Assembly (NCBI GenBank): GCA_965267575.1
Contig: OZ254086.1
Location: 3,776,001-3,840,000 of the forward strand
DNA: 64,000 nucleotides
Source of the DNA: Calditrichales bacterium
GTDB taxonomy: Bacteria > Calditrichota > Calditrichia > Calditrichales > J004
Direction: 5' to 3'
Position numbers and translations under genes: made by a program. The notes under the pieces were generated by a model. The model was not told the DNA's origin. It ran no database searches and worked only from the letters and a program-made list of their open reading frames with translations. Shown here piece by piece: positions 10,918-21,057 of the stretch; the stretch's first letter is position 1; each line of letters begins with the position of its first letter.

Positions 10918-11591
10918 TGAATGCCTATCTCGCGCCCTCCATTTTGTCCGCAGATATGTTAAAACTAAAAGAGCAACTGAAGATTGTTGAAGAAAACGGT
11001 GCGGATTTCGTTCACATCGATGTAATGGACGGGCATTTTGTGCCCAACCTGACCTTTGGCCCGTTTATGGTAAAAACCGTCAAACGTGTATCCCCGCTGG
11101 TTCGCGACGTGCACCTGATGATCTCCAACCCTGAAAAATATATCAAAGCCTATGCCCAGGCCGGCGCCGATATAATCACCGTACACCAGGAAGCCTGCGT
11201 GCATCTGGACCGTGTTGTTCAGCAAATCAAAGAGCAGGGCTGCCGCGCCGGCGTAGCGATCAATCCGGCAACACCTATATCCCCGCTGCAAGCGATTCTC
11301 CCCACGCTGGACCTGGTTTTGGTTATGACCGTAAATCCCGGTTTTGGGGGACAAAAATTTATTCCTTATTGCCTGGATAAAATACGCGCACTGCGGGGTA
11401 TGATCGATGAACAGGGTTTGTCCTGTCTTCTGGAAGTGGACGGCGGCATCAACAGCGAAACGGTGGCCCAGGCTGCTCTGGCCGGTGCCAATACTTTCGT
11501 CGCCGGTAATGCCATCTTCAACGCCGAAGATATTGCCACGGCCTGTAAAACCCTCAAATCCCGCGGTTCTATGCCCGCCAAAATGGTGTAA
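10917..11591 (+). CDS. rpe: Ribulose-phosphate 3-epimerase
   Basis: APSILSAD, HIDVMDGHFVPN, DVHLM, VMTVNPGFGGQ, EVDGGI. Confidence 0.98.
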   Translation: MNAYLAPSILSADMLKLKEQLKIVEENGADFVHIDVMDGHFVPNLTFGPFMVKTVKRVSPLVRDVHLMISNPEKYIKAYAQAGADIITVHQEACVHLDRVVQQIKEQGCRAGVAINPATPISPLQAILPTLDLVLVMTVNPGFGGQKFIPYCLDKIRALRGMIDEQGLSCLLEVDGGINSETVAQAALAGANTFVAGNAIFNAEDIATACKTLKSRGSMPAKMV

Positions 11592-11599
11592 GCCGCGCG

Positions 11600-12163
11600 A
11601 TGTCCGAACTTGGCCGTAAAAGCATTCATATTTTTGCCAGTGTGTTGCCGCTTGCTTACCATTTTTATTTTACCCGGGAACAATTCATCCTGATATGTAT
11701 TGTTTTATCATTGCTGTTTTTAACGGCAGAAGCGGGGCGCGTATTTGTGCCAAAATTGAAACAGATTTATGAAATTTATTTTGCACCTTTATTACGCCGT
11801 GAAGAATTCGAATCCCGCTTTAACGGCGCTACCTGGATGGTGCTGGGCATAACGGCCGCCGTTTTGGTGTTTGAAAAATACATTGCCGTGCCGGTTATTC
11901 TTCTGGCCACGGTCTCCGATGCGCTGGCTGCCCTGATCGGTAAAAAATGGGGCAGGGCGCGCTGGGCAGGAAAAAGTGTGGAAGGATTTTTGGCTTTTTT
12001 GATTTCAGGGACGATTATAGTTTGGCTCAGTAATTTTAGTTGGCCGATTGCTTTTGCGGCCGCTTTGGGCGCGGCACTTGTTGAAATGCTGCCCATGCCG
12101 CTGAATGACAACATCACCGTGCCGCTGACCGGTGGAATTATTTTGGTTTTTTTTAACGGATAA
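11600..12163 (+). CDS. Polyprenol/phytol kinase-like membrane protein (CTP-dependent kinase / cytidylyltransferase family)
   Basis: ELGRKSIH, SDALAALIGKKWG, KSVEG, NDNITVP motifs; multiple TM segments. Confidence 0.8.
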   Translation: MSELGRKSIHIFASVLPLAYHFYFTREQFILICIVLSLLFLTAEAGRVFVPKLKQIYEIYFAPLLRREEFESRFNGATWMVLGITAAVLVFEKYIAVPVILLATVSDALAALIGKKWGRARWAGKSVEGFLAFLISGTIIVWLSNFSWPIAFAAALGAALVEMLPMPLNDNITVPLTGGIILVFFNG

Positions 12164-12169
12164 GTGTGT

Positions 12170-13144
12170 ATGAAGAAAATATTTGCCAGCCTGATTTTAA
12201 CGCTCTTTGTTTTTGCGGACGCCGATGCTGCTTCTTTTAAAAAGTATGCCGGAGAATTCCTTTACCTCGGTGCCGGAAGTCGGGCCACGGCCATGGGCGG
12301 CGCCTTTTCAGGCATCAGCAATGATGTAACTTCCGTTTACTGGAATCCGGCCGGGCTTACCCGGGCAAACGGTCTGCAGATCCAGTTTATGCACAGCAAG
12401 CAGTTTATCTCCAGCATCCAGAATAATTTCCTGGCAGCCTCGCACCCGCTTGATGAAAACTCTACCATCGGCGTGGGCCTGCAGTACATCACTGTAAGCG
12501 GCATTAAAGACAGCCGCCGCGCCTACGTGGAAAGCGAGGGCCGTATCGACCCATCGCGCATAAGCCTGTTCAACACGGGTGACTATATTTTCAGCTTCAG
12601 CTACGCGCGCCGCCACAACGAGGATTTTCGTTACGGCCTCAGCGCCAAATTACTCTATCGCGACTACCACGTTGCCAGCGCCACCGGTATCGGTTTTGAC
12701 GCCGGCGCTCAATACGACTGGCACGATTTCACCGTTGCCGCCGTTGCCCGCGACCTAACCAGTACCGTCATCGCTTGGGATACGGGCGAAACAGAGCTTT
12801 TAAAGCCGTCCCTGCGCCTGGGACTGGCCTATGCTTTCGATCTTCCGCAGTGGAAGCTTGCTATTCGACCTGCTGTTGATTTTAACATTCTCGGTGAGGA
12901 AAGGGCGTATGCGGCACAGTATGACCTGGGTTTGCTGAGCGTGGACATGATGGCAGGAGCGGAATTTGAATATGCCGGTATTTTGGCTTTACGTGCCGGT
13001 GTGGATGACCTGCAGCGTTTTACCGCCGGGGCAGGTCTAAGCATCCCCAAGATGACCTTTGATTATGCCTTTACCGGATACGAAAACGAACTGGGCAACA
13101 TTCACCGCATTTCATTTCATTTGCAGCTGGAAGAAGTATTTTAA
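12170..13144 (+). CDS. PorV/PorQ family outer-membrane beta-barrel protein
   Basis: Signal peptide; FLYLGAGSRATAMGGA and SVYWNPAGL motifs; FDYAF...LGNIHRISF C-terminus. Confidence 0.85.
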   Translation: MKKIFASLILTLFVFADADAASFKKYAGEFLYLGAGSRATAMGGAFSGISNDVTSVYWNPAGLTRANGLQIQFMHSKQFISSIQNNFLAASHPLDENSTIGVGLQYITVSGIKDSRRAYVESEGRIDPSRISLFNTGDYIFSFSYARRHNEDFRYGLSAKLLYRDYHVASATGIGFDAGAQYDWHDFTVAAVARDLTSTVIAWDTGETELLKPSLRLGLAYAFDLPQWKLAIRPAVDFNILGEERAYAAQYDLGLLSVDMMAGAEFEYAGILALRAGVDDLQRFTAGAGLSIPKMTFDYAFTGYENELGNIHRISFHLQLEEVF

Positions 13145-13366
13145 ATGAAGAATGAAGCGGTGGCAGTGAAGCGCTGAATTAATGGATTGTTGAATTGATG
13201 ACCTTTTTAAAAATGTGTTGAAACCCCACCTTAACGCCACCTTGGAGAAGAAATACAATAATCGTTTATTTTTCTTTTGCCTGAACACCTGAAAGCCGAA
13301 CACATGAACACAAGGCTCTTAGCACCTTAACACTTTAACACCTCAAAACCATAACACAATGACACT

Positions 13367-14611
13367 TCACTTCCCGTTAACCAGCTTCTCCAGCCGGCCA
13401 ATGCTGTTGCTGCCGGGAAATTGCTCCTTCAGCAAGTTCAGTGTTTTCCGCGCTTCCTCTCCATCTCCGGCCTGCACATAGAGTTCCACGGCGTTGGCGA
13501 GGTAACCAACGGCCTGATCCGGGGACGCACTGTAAGACGCCAGCATGACATAACTGCGCGCCGCCTTGTCCTGCATTTTAAAGTGCTTTTGCTGTAATTC
13601 AATCATGGCTGTTAGCGCTTTGATGATGCTGGCGGTGTCAGAAGAGGTCTCGACCAGCTCGCTGTACATGGCCAGCGCTTCTTCCTTTGAGCCTACGCTG
13701 CTGCTTAGTTGCGCCAGGCGCAGGTGCGCCGCATCGCTATGGGTTCCTTCCGGAAAGGTGCGTACATAGACGCGATACTGCGTAAGTGCTTCCTTTTTGT
13801 CTTTCAGATCGTTGTCATACAGCAAAGCCAGCCTGTATTGTGCTTCTCCGGCATATTCGCTGTCCGGATTACGGTTGATAACATCCACCAGAAGGTTACG
13901 GGCCACGGCCGGTTTACCCATTTTTTTGTTAAGTATCCAAGCCATGCGTAATGAACTGCGGCTATGAAACGGCGAATCGGGAAACATTTCCGTTATCAGT
14001 CTGTAATTGAGCAGCGCCTCATGAAACAATCCCGAACGCTCCTGAAAACCGGCCTGCCAAAACAACACGGCATCGTGGTGCTTGGCATTGTCTTTAAACA
14101 ATATCCTGAAATTTTCACACTCTTTGAGCCCATAAGCCGGGATAAACCTGTACTCCAGTTCCTGAAGAAAGGCAATAAAATTGGCATAAGAAAGGCGCAG
14201 ATCAGGCTCCGGCTGATAGACATCCAGCCCGGACATGATCTTGTTAACATCCGTTGCCGGGCCCCATTCCACATGGTAGGTCAGCAAAGAGTCGATCTGG
14301 CGGTAGACACGGTCTGCTTCTTCGCTGTCGTTATAGAGATGATAGAGCTTAAGTCCGGCCACAAAGGCTTGCTCATGCTTCCCGTTTTTTAGTGCCGCGT
14401 CGACAATACGCGACAAAACGACGGAGCTGAGCGATGCCTGCGGGTAATAACGCGCATAAAGCTCCAGCGCTTTGGCATAAGCCTCTTCATCTATCACCAG
14501 CGTATCGCTTTCCAGCCGGATCAGTGCCTGCTCCAGACGCTCCTGCAGGCTCTGGGAAAAGGCCAGACAGGGCAATAGCACAATCAGGCCAAACAGATAT
14601 TTATAACGCAT
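13367..14611 (-). CDS. Exported TPR-repeat protein (BamD/YfiO-like repeats)
   Basis: Signal peptide, repeated 'FPDS/NPDSEYAGEAQYRLA/FPEGTHSDAAHLRLA' TPR units. Start placed at ATG 14611, overlapping the rqcH stop. Confidence 0.7.
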   Translation of the reverse strand: MRYKYLFGLIVLLPCLAFSQSLQERLEQALIRLESDTLVIDEEAYAKALELYARYYPQASLSSVVLSRIVDAALKNGKHEQAFVAGLKLYHLYNDSEEADRVYRQIDSLLTYHVEWGPATDVNKIMSGLDVYQPEPDLRLSYANFIAFLQELEYRFIPAYGLKECENFRILFKDNAKHHDAVLFWQAGFQERSGLFHEALLNYRLITEMFPDSPFHSRSSLRMAWILNKKMGKPAVARNLLVDVINRNPDSEYAGEAQYRLALLYDNDLKDKKEALTQYRVYVRTFPEGTHSDAAHLRLAQLSSSVGSKEEALAMYSELVETSSDTASIIKALTAMIELQQKHFKMQDKAARSYVMLASYSASPDQAVGYLANAVELYVQAGDGEEARKTLNLLKEQFPGSNSIGRLEKLVNGK

Positions 14612-16232
14612 CGAACGGCTCAACAAAGATAACTTTTTCATTTTTAACACTAACTTTCCCCGGTTCGGCTTTACGGATACGGCTTACATGGCGCGCTTCG
14701 GTGTACATAACGGCCACGGTAGAATCATTTTTGGCGCGGCTGTGAGCAGCGGCGATACGCGCTGTTTTCTCTATTACCCCGGCAGGTACATCGCTGTTTT
14801 TATCCGGTTTACGGAGAATAACATGTGATCCCGGCACATTGCGGGCATGCAGCCAGATATCCCATTTATTGGCAAAATCAAACGTAAGCTGGTCGTTATT
14901 GAAATTATTTTTTCCTATATACACTTCCCACTTTTCATTAATGAGCGCCCGCTTAAACGAAAAGGCCAGGGCGGTTTGCTGTTTTTTGCTGTCAGCAGCG
15001 TCCTGCAACAGGCGCATGGCAATTAATTCTTCACGAACCTGACGCAGCTGTTTTACGCCGGCTTTCTCCGTTTTGCGTTTCAGCGCGCGGATTTGTTGCA
15101 GTTCGCGGTCATAAAAGCTTTTTTTCATCTGCACGGCTTCTTTTTTTTCCGCCGTGTTCTTGTATTTGTTGAAATAATATGTCGCATTTTCCGCGGCGCT
15201 TTTTTTGGGATCAAGGCTGATTGTAACCGGCTTATTGCTGCCGCTGATCACATCGGGCAGTTCGACCGTGTCAGCGCCTTTTGGTACCTGTGGCATCAAT
15301 GTTAACAGCAGATTACCTTTGTGCTCGGCTTCGTCTTTTTTCTTTTCAATATCCGCTGCTTTTTCAAGTGCCGCAATGGCCTGAATTAAGGCATTTTCTT
15401 TGCGTTCTATGGCTGTTATGCACTGGCTGTAAAGCTTTTCTTCCTGTTGTGACCTCTTTTTTTGGTCCACAAAAAGCGTCCAGCCTTTATTGACGGAGTC
15501 CCATATTTCCTCCTCCAGGCCGTTCGATCGATGTATCTCCGACCGGTATAGGGTAAGAAAGCGCGGTCTTTTGTTCTCCCTGTAGAGATAAAGCCGTGTC
15601 TGCCGCAATTCCCGGTAAAAATTTTCCATATGATCCAGGAAAACTCTCAGCGGCTGGTCACGTAGCAGGTCATCGGCCCCGCAACCGGCACGGAAAAGTA
15701 TCTCCTCTTTCATGCGGCCGTTGCAAGCAGGAATCTGCCGCGTAATGGCATTATAAACGCTTATTTGCGGAGACTCATCTATCCACTTTTGCAAAACGCT
15801 TACCGAAAAAGGCCACGACTTATAGTGTCGCGCGTTTTGTTGCTTTATCTCGTCATAATGTTTAAAAACGTCGATGAGCGTTTCATCATCCATAAAAAAG
15901 ATATTGGGTTGCCCGCCGTAAAAGCGAACGATCCAGGTGTGCGTTTTGCCTTTGATAGTGACCAGCTTGTCAAAAGGGGCAATTTCGATTGAAAGTAACT
16001 GTTCCGGCTTGTCCCACTTAAAAATATCTTTTGCCGGAGATTTGTAATTGCGCGGCTCCAGCAGAAAAAGACCGGGGAATTCCGGCGAGATATCAACCGC
16101 CAGGTGCCAATCCTGTAATTCAAATATCAGCTCGTTTTTATGAACGGTAAAGCAGCGCAGAACAGGCTGGTCTTTGATCTGCCCGGCAATTTCGGCTATC
16201 TGGGCTTTAAACAGGTAAAAGTTTTTATGCAT
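14601..16232 (-). CDS. rqcH: NFACT family ribosome quality control protein (RqcH/FbpA-like)
   Basis: ISLDPKKSAAENATYYFNKYK coiled-coil; NFACT-R domain IGKNNFNNDQLT...WLHARNVPGSHVIL. Confidence 0.85.
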   Translation of the reverse strand: MHKNFYLFKAQIAEIAGQIKDQPVLRCFTVHKNELIFELQDWHLAVDISPEFPGLFLLEPRNYKSPAKDIFKWDKPEQLLSIEIAPFDKLVTIKGKTHTWIVRFYGGQPNIFFMDDETLIDVFKHYDEIKQQNARHYKSWPFSVSVLQKWIDESPQISVYNAITRQIPACNGRMKEEILFRAGCGADDLLRDQPLRVFLDHMENFYRELRQTRLYLYRENKRPRFLTLYRSEIHRSNGLEEEIWDSVNKGWTLFVDQKKRSQQEEKLYSQCITAIERKENALIQAIAALEKAADIEKKKDEAEHKGNLLLTLMPQVPKGADTVELPDVISGSNKPVTISLDPKKSAAENATYYFNKYKNTAEKKEAVQMKKSFYDRELQQIRALKRKTEKAGVKQLRQVREELIAMRLLQDAADSKKQQTALAFSFKRALINEKWEVYIGKNNFNNDQLTFDFANKWDIWLHARNVPGSHVILRKPDKNSDVPAGVIEKTARIAAAHSRAKNDSTVAVMYTEARHVSRIRKAEPGKVSVKNEKVIFVEPFDAL

Positions 16233-16334
16233 CGATGAGGATGTTTGGGTTTAATATTTATTTAGATGTAAATTACGAGACGCACAGGAAAAATCCCAAC
16301 AATTTAGACCAACGCTTTAAATTTTGGAGCAATC

Positions 16335-17210
16335 ATGCATAGTATGACGGGATATGGTAAAGCGGAAAATACCAATAAGAAATTTCAAATCAGTGTGGAA
16401 GTCAAAAGCGTCAACAGCCGCTATCTGGATATCAGCATAAAGCAGCCCGCGGTTTTGGCGCCATTTGAGCCTTTGCTGCGCGATCTGGTAAAAAAGAATG
16501 TGTTGCGCGGCAAGATAGCCATATATGTGGATCTGCAGCTTAACCCATCCGGGGATGCCGATACTCTTGTAAATGCGCGCAAGCTGGAGTTTTACCTGCG
16601 CTCACTGGAAGCTATAAACAACAAGCTGCCCCAAAAAACCGACATTAGCCTGGAACATCTGCTTCAGTTCAGCGAGTTATTCGAACCGGAGCTGGATGAA
16701 TCGGATATCGCTATAATTGAGCCTTTGCTTACCGAAACAACACAGTTTGCCCTGCAGGCCTTTAATGCCATGCGCGCCCGCGAAGGTGAACATCTTAAAA
16801 ACGATATGGATAAGCGGATCAGAAACGTCGCCGATTCATGCGCGCGCATAAAGGGACTCTCCAAAAATGCCGCCCGCGAAGAATTTGACAAGCTCTATGC
16901 CCGGTTGCTGGAGATGATAGATTCGGCCAGGCTGGACCGGGAGAGGCTGGAGCAGGAGATCGCCATTTTATCGGATCGTGTTGACATCAGCGAAGAACTG
17001 ACCCGCCTTAAAAGCCACTTAAAACAGTTCGCGGCAACATTACAATCTAAAGGCGAGGTAGGTAAAAAGCTTACCTTTATCTTGCAGGAGATGCACCGCG
17101 AGGCCAACACGATCAATTCCAAAACAGCCAACGTGGATGTATCGCACGAAGTGATAGCCATAAAAGAAGCGGTTGAAAAAATCCGGGAACAGGCTCAGAA
17201 TATCGAATAG
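16335..17210 (+). CDS. yicC: YicC/YloC family endoribonuclease
   Basis: SMTGYG, EVKSVNSRYLD, DISEELTRL.SH, GKKL.FILQEMHREANTINSK, IREQAQNIE. Confidence 0.95.
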   Translation: MHSMTGYGKAENTNKKFQISVEVKSVNSRYLDISIKQPAVLAPFEPLLRDLVKKNVLRGKIAIYVDLQLNPSGDADTLVNARKLEFYLRSLEAINNKLPQKTDISLEHLLQFSELFEPELDESDIAIIEPLLTETTQFALQAFNAMRAREGEHLKNDMDKRIRNVADSCARIKGLSKNAAREEFDKLYARLLEMIDSARLDRERLEQEIAILSDRVDISEELTRLKSHLKQFAATLQSKGEVGKKLTFILQEMHREANTINSKTANVDVSHEVIAIKEAVEKIREQAQNIE

Positions 17211-17222
17211 GACAGGGACGTA

Positions 17223-17792
17223 ATGGCAACATTCAAATCATCGCATATCGTGTTTTCGGCTCCGTCGGGGGCCGGCAAAACCACGATCGTAAAAAAGCTT
17301 CTGGAAAAATACCCCGAAAAACTGGCTCTTTCCGTTTCCGCCACAACGCGCCGGCAGCGTCCGGGAGAAAAAAACAATGTGGATTACGTTTTTCTGTCGC
17401 AACAGCAATTTGACGAGGCCGTGCGCCAAAACGCTTTTCTGGAATTTGAAGAAGTGCATGGCAACTATTACGGTACTCTCAAAAGCAGCGTGGACCAGCT
17501 AACCGTCTCCGGAAAATCGGTGTTGTTTGACATTGACGTAAAGGGGGCTCTGTCTATTAAAAGAGCCTATTCCAGGGCAATGCTTATCTTTATTAAGCCG
17601 CCGAGCATGGAAGCACTCAAAGAGCGCCTGCGAAAGCGCAAAAGCGAGGACGAAAATACGATCAGCAAAAGACTGCAACGCATAGATTATGAATATGGGC
17701 AGGCACAATTTTTCGACTACGTCGTTATTAACGACAATTTGAAAGATACCGTGCAACAAGTGGAAGAAATTATTCGAAATGGCCAAGCCTAA
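17223..17792 (+). CDS. gmk: Guanylate kinase
   Basis: SAPSGAGKTT P-loop, SATTR..RPGE, NYYGT, DIDVKG. Confidence 0.97.
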   Translation: MATFKSSHIVFSAPSGAGKTTIVKKLLEKYPEKLALSVSATTRRQRPGEKNNVDYVFLSQQQFDEAVRQNAFLEFEEVHGNYYGTLKSSVDQLTVSGKSVLFDIDVKGALSIKRAYSRAMLIFIKPPSMEALKERLRKRKSEDENTISKRLQRIDYEYGQAQFFDYVVINDNLKDTVQQVEEIIRNGQA

Positions 17793-18822
17793 AACAATAC
17801 ACTGTCTGGACAAAACCGATGGTCTGCTTTTTTACTGCATCTCATTTCTGGAAAAGCTGGACAATTCTTTGTACGACGTCCGCTTTAGCCCCGATCCGCG
17901 CTGCGATTACGGCGACCTGTTCAGTCTTTTTGAGAAGATCACCTTAGTTGCCGCCGAAAAGCGTGAAGCATCGGACCTGCGCATAGAGTTTGTGTCCCAG
18001 CACAGCCAGCCGGATGATAGCGCGCACCTGGTTTACCCGGTATTCGAATCCGACTGGGAAAAATTCGATACGCCGGACAGCAGGCGAATGCCCCTTTACC
18101 GTCAAAATGTTCCCGTGCGCCCCGATGACGGCGATGCCATGGATATGATCATACGCTACCTGGAAAAACAGGATTTAAGGGGTAAAAAGGTGCTGGTAAA
18201 TGCAGGGCCAAGCCTTGAAGACATTGACCCGGTGCGTTTTATCAGCAACCGCTCCAGCGGCAAGATGGGTATTGCACTGGCCCGCGCGGCCTGGCGGCGT
18301 GGCGCGAATGTGCGGCTTATCGCGGGTCCCGTTGCTCACTATGTACCGCAATACCTGAACCATGTGACAGTGCGCAGTGCTGCTGAGATGGCTGGCGCTG
18401 TGAACGATCATTTTGCGCAATGCGATTACTTTTTTGCTGCTGCTGCTGTAGCCGACTACACGCCGGCATCCGTCTCGGAACAAAAAATGAAAAAAGGCGA
18501 TGGCGATATGAGCCTGCCGTTAAAGCGCACTTCCGACATTTTGCTTTCGATCAAAGACAAAAAACGCGATGACCAGATCATTGTCGGCTTTTCTGTGGAA
18601 ACGGAAAATGTGCGCGACAACTCGACGCAAAAGATGAAGAAGAAAGGACTCGATTTTATCTGCATCAACAACCCTAAAGAAGAAGGTGCCGGATTTGCGC
18701 ATAATACCAACCGTATCGACATCTTGTCCAAAGACGGCGCTTACCAGTCGTTGCCGGTATTGAGCAAGCTGGAAACCGCCGACCGCATTATTGATGCTGT
18801 GTTGGGAAAGGCCGCCGGATGA
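17779..18822 (+). CDS. coaB: Phosphopantothenate-cysteine ligase (CoaB domain) with divergent N-terminal region in place of CoaC
   Basis: C-terminal [36 protein letters not shown]. The N-terminal ~130 aa lacks recognisable flavoprotein motifs. Confidence 0.85.
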   Translation: MAKPKTIHCLDKTDGLLFYCISFLEKLDNSLYDVRFSPDPRCDYGDLFSLFEKITLVAAEKREASDLRIEFVSQHSQPDDSAHLVYPVFESDWEKFDTPDSRRMPLYRQNVPVRPDDGDAMDMIIRYLEKQDLRGKKVLVNAGPSLEDIDPVRFISNRSSGKMGIALARAAWRRGANVRLIAGPVAHYVPQYLNHVTVRSAAEMAGAVNDHFAQCDYFFAAAAVADYTPASVSEQKMKKGDGDMSLPLKRTSDILLSIKDKKRDDQIIVGFSVETENVRDNSTQKMKKKGLDFICINNPKEEGAGFAHNTNRIDILSKDGAYQSLPVLSKLETADRIIDAVLGKAAG

Positions 18823-19556
18823 GCGAAATAGTCAAAGAAGTTCAGGCTTTTCTGCATTGGTATAAGGAAGTATACGGCAACGATGTTTTCCTGGAAGGGG
18901 AGCTTTCGGACGCAAGTGCGGAGCCGGCCGTCTCCAAGCCTATGGCAAAGCCCGTTCCCAGGCCTGTTTCCGCGCCGGGAAAAGGTTTTGATGAACGACT
19001 TGTCCACCAAAACAATCGCGAAATAAAAGAATTCTACCACGCCATCCGTGAATGTCAGAAATGTCCCCTGGGTCAGACACGCAAAAATTTTGTATTTGGC
19101 ATGGGCAATCCCAACGCGGAGATCATGTTTGTGGGTGAAGCGCCGGGCCGCGATGAAGACCTGCAGGGATTGCCGTTTGTGGGCAAGGCGGGGCAGTTGC
19201 TGGATAAAATGCTGTTTGCCATGCAGTTACAGCGTGATGAAGTATATATCGCCAATGTGCTGAAGTGCCGTCCGCCGCAAAACCGCGATCCACAACCCGA
19301 TGAAGTGAATGAATGCGAACCCTATCTTAAAAAGCAGATTGAAATGATCAAACCTTCGGTTATCGTTGCCCTGGGACGGATTTCGGCACAGGTGCTGCTC
19401 AAAACCGATGAACCGCTCAGCCGGCTGCGTCACCGGTCTCACAGCTACGCCTCCATTCCCTTTGTGGTTACCTACCACCCGGCCGCTCTCCTGCGCAACC
19501 CGCGCTTTAAAGCCGATGCCTGGAGTGACCTTAAAAAAATCAGGGAATATATTTAA
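18819..19556 (+). CDS. Uracil-DNA glycosylase family 4 (Fe-S)
   Basis: CQKCPL, GEAPG, PFVGKAG.LL, NVLKCRPP.NR.P, TYHPAALLR. Confidence 0.95.
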   Translation: MSEIVKEVQAFLHWYKEVYGNDVFLEGELSDASAEPAVSKPMAKPVPRPVSAPGKGFDERLVHQNNREIKEFYHAIRECQKCPLGQTRKNFVFGMGNPNAEIMFVGEAPGRDEDLQGLPFVGKAGQLLDKMLFAMQLQRDEVYIANVLKCRPPQNRDPQPDEVNECEPYLKKQIEMIKPSVIVALGRISAQVLLKTDEPLSRLRHRSHSYASIPFVVTYHPAALLRNPRFKADAWSDLKKIREYI

Positions 19557-19649
19557 CCCCGGACACACTTTGCGCTTTCCAAACTGTTGAATATTTATTA
19601 TTCTTAGCAGTACTCTTTTAATTGAAACAGAACACAGATATAACATACT

Positions 19650-21044
19650 ATGAATGATTTTGCCAACGGCGACCAAAAAATAAATACCCCTCCACACGAT
19701 ATCGAAGTCGAGCAGATGGTGCTTGGCGCTATGCTGCTGGATGAAGAGGCCGTCTCGATGGCCGTAGAAGCGCTCGAACCGTCCTATTTCTACAAATCGG
19801 CGCATAAAGAAATATTTAATGCCGTTTGCGATATGTTTGAGGATAAATCCGAAATTGACCTGGTGACACTGGGGGAAGAGCTTAAACGTCGCAAAACCTA
19901 TGATACAATCGGCGGAGCCTATTACCTGGCCGAGATTTCAAACAGCACGCCATCTGCAGCCAACCTTAAAAACTACCTGGAAATTGTAAAACAAAAAGCC
20001 CTTTCGCGTATGCTCATCAAAGAGTGTAATACAATCATTGAAAAGGCCTACGGACAAGAAGAAGAAATCAACCAGATGCTGGATTACGCTGAATCGCGCA
20101 TCTTTGAGATCTCCGAAAAACGCATGCAAAAGGGCTTTGCCGATATAAACAATATTCTGCATGCCACCTTCGAACGCATCGACCAGTTGTATCATTCGGG
20201 ACATTCAGGGGTTACGGGCGTGCCTTCCGATTATAAAAAGCTGGACGAGATGACAGCCGGCTTTCAGTCGTCGGATCTGATCGTATTGGCCGGGCGTCCC
20301 AGTATGGGCAAAACGGCCTTTGCCCTGAACCTGGCGCGCAATGCCGCGGTGGATCATGGTATGCCGGTGGGTATTTTCAGCCTGGAGATGTCTTCCGAAG
20401 CCCTGGTGATGCGTCTTTTGTGTACCGAATCCAAGGTTAACCAGATGAAGGTGCGGACGGGCAAGCTGTCCAAAGACGACATGGACAATCTGACCACGCA
20501 CGTCGGCAACCTGATGAACGCCCCGATCTACATTGACGATACGCCATCACTTAACGTCCTGGAATTAAGGGCCAAGGCACGGCGTCTTAAAGCAGAGGCC
20601 AACATCCAGATGCTGCTGATCGACTATCTGCAACTTATGGATGGTACGAAAGGCGAAAACAGGCAACAGGAAATCACCCATATTTCGCGTTCGATCAAGG
20701 GTATTGCCAAGGAACTGGATATACCCGTTGTAGCTTTGTCTCAGCTTAGCCGCCAGGTGGAAAGCCGCGATAAGTTCAAACGGCCACAGCTTTCAGATTT
20801 GCGCGAATCCGGCGCCATCGAGCAGGATGCCGACGTGGTTCTCTTTGTCTACAGGCCGGAATACTACCAGATCCAGGAGTTTGAGGATGGAACATCGACA
20901 CACAATATGTGTGAAATAATCATCGGAAAGCAGCGTAATGGTCCTGTTGGCTCTACGCGCCTTACGTTTCTTAAGGAATTCGGTAAATTTGGCGACCCTG
21001 ACCTGTTTCATGACACGGCTGTTTACACACCGGCAGAGTTTTAA
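19650..21044 (+). CDS. dnaB: Replicative DNA helicase
   Basis: PPHDIEVEQ, AGRPSMGKT, FSLEM, IDYLQL, LSQLSR, DLRESGAIEQDAD, KQRNGP. Confidence 0.98.
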   Translation: MNDFANGDQKINTPPHDIEVEQMVLGAMLLDEEAVSMAVEALEPSYFYKSAHKEIFNAVCDMFEDKSEIDLVTLGEELKRRKTYDTIGGAYYLAEISNSTPSAANLKNYLEIVKQKALSRMLIKECNTIIEKAYGQEEEINQMLDYAESRIFEISEKRMQKGFADINNILHATFERIDQLYHSGHSGVTGVPSDYKKLDEMTAGFQSSDLIVLAGRPSMGKTAFALNLARNAAVDHGMPVGIFSLEMSSEALVMRLLCTESKVNQMKVRTGKLSKDDMDNLTTHVGNLMNAPIYIDDTPSLNVLELRAKARRLKAEANIQMLLIDYLQLMDGTKGENRQQEITHISRSIKGIAKELDIPVVALSQLSRQVESRDKFKRPQLSDLRESGAIEQDADVVLFVYRPEYYQIQEFEDGTSTHNMCEIIIGKQRNGPVGSTRLTFLKEFGKFGDPDLFHDTAVYTPAEF

Positions 21045-21057
21045 AAGGTGATTTTTT

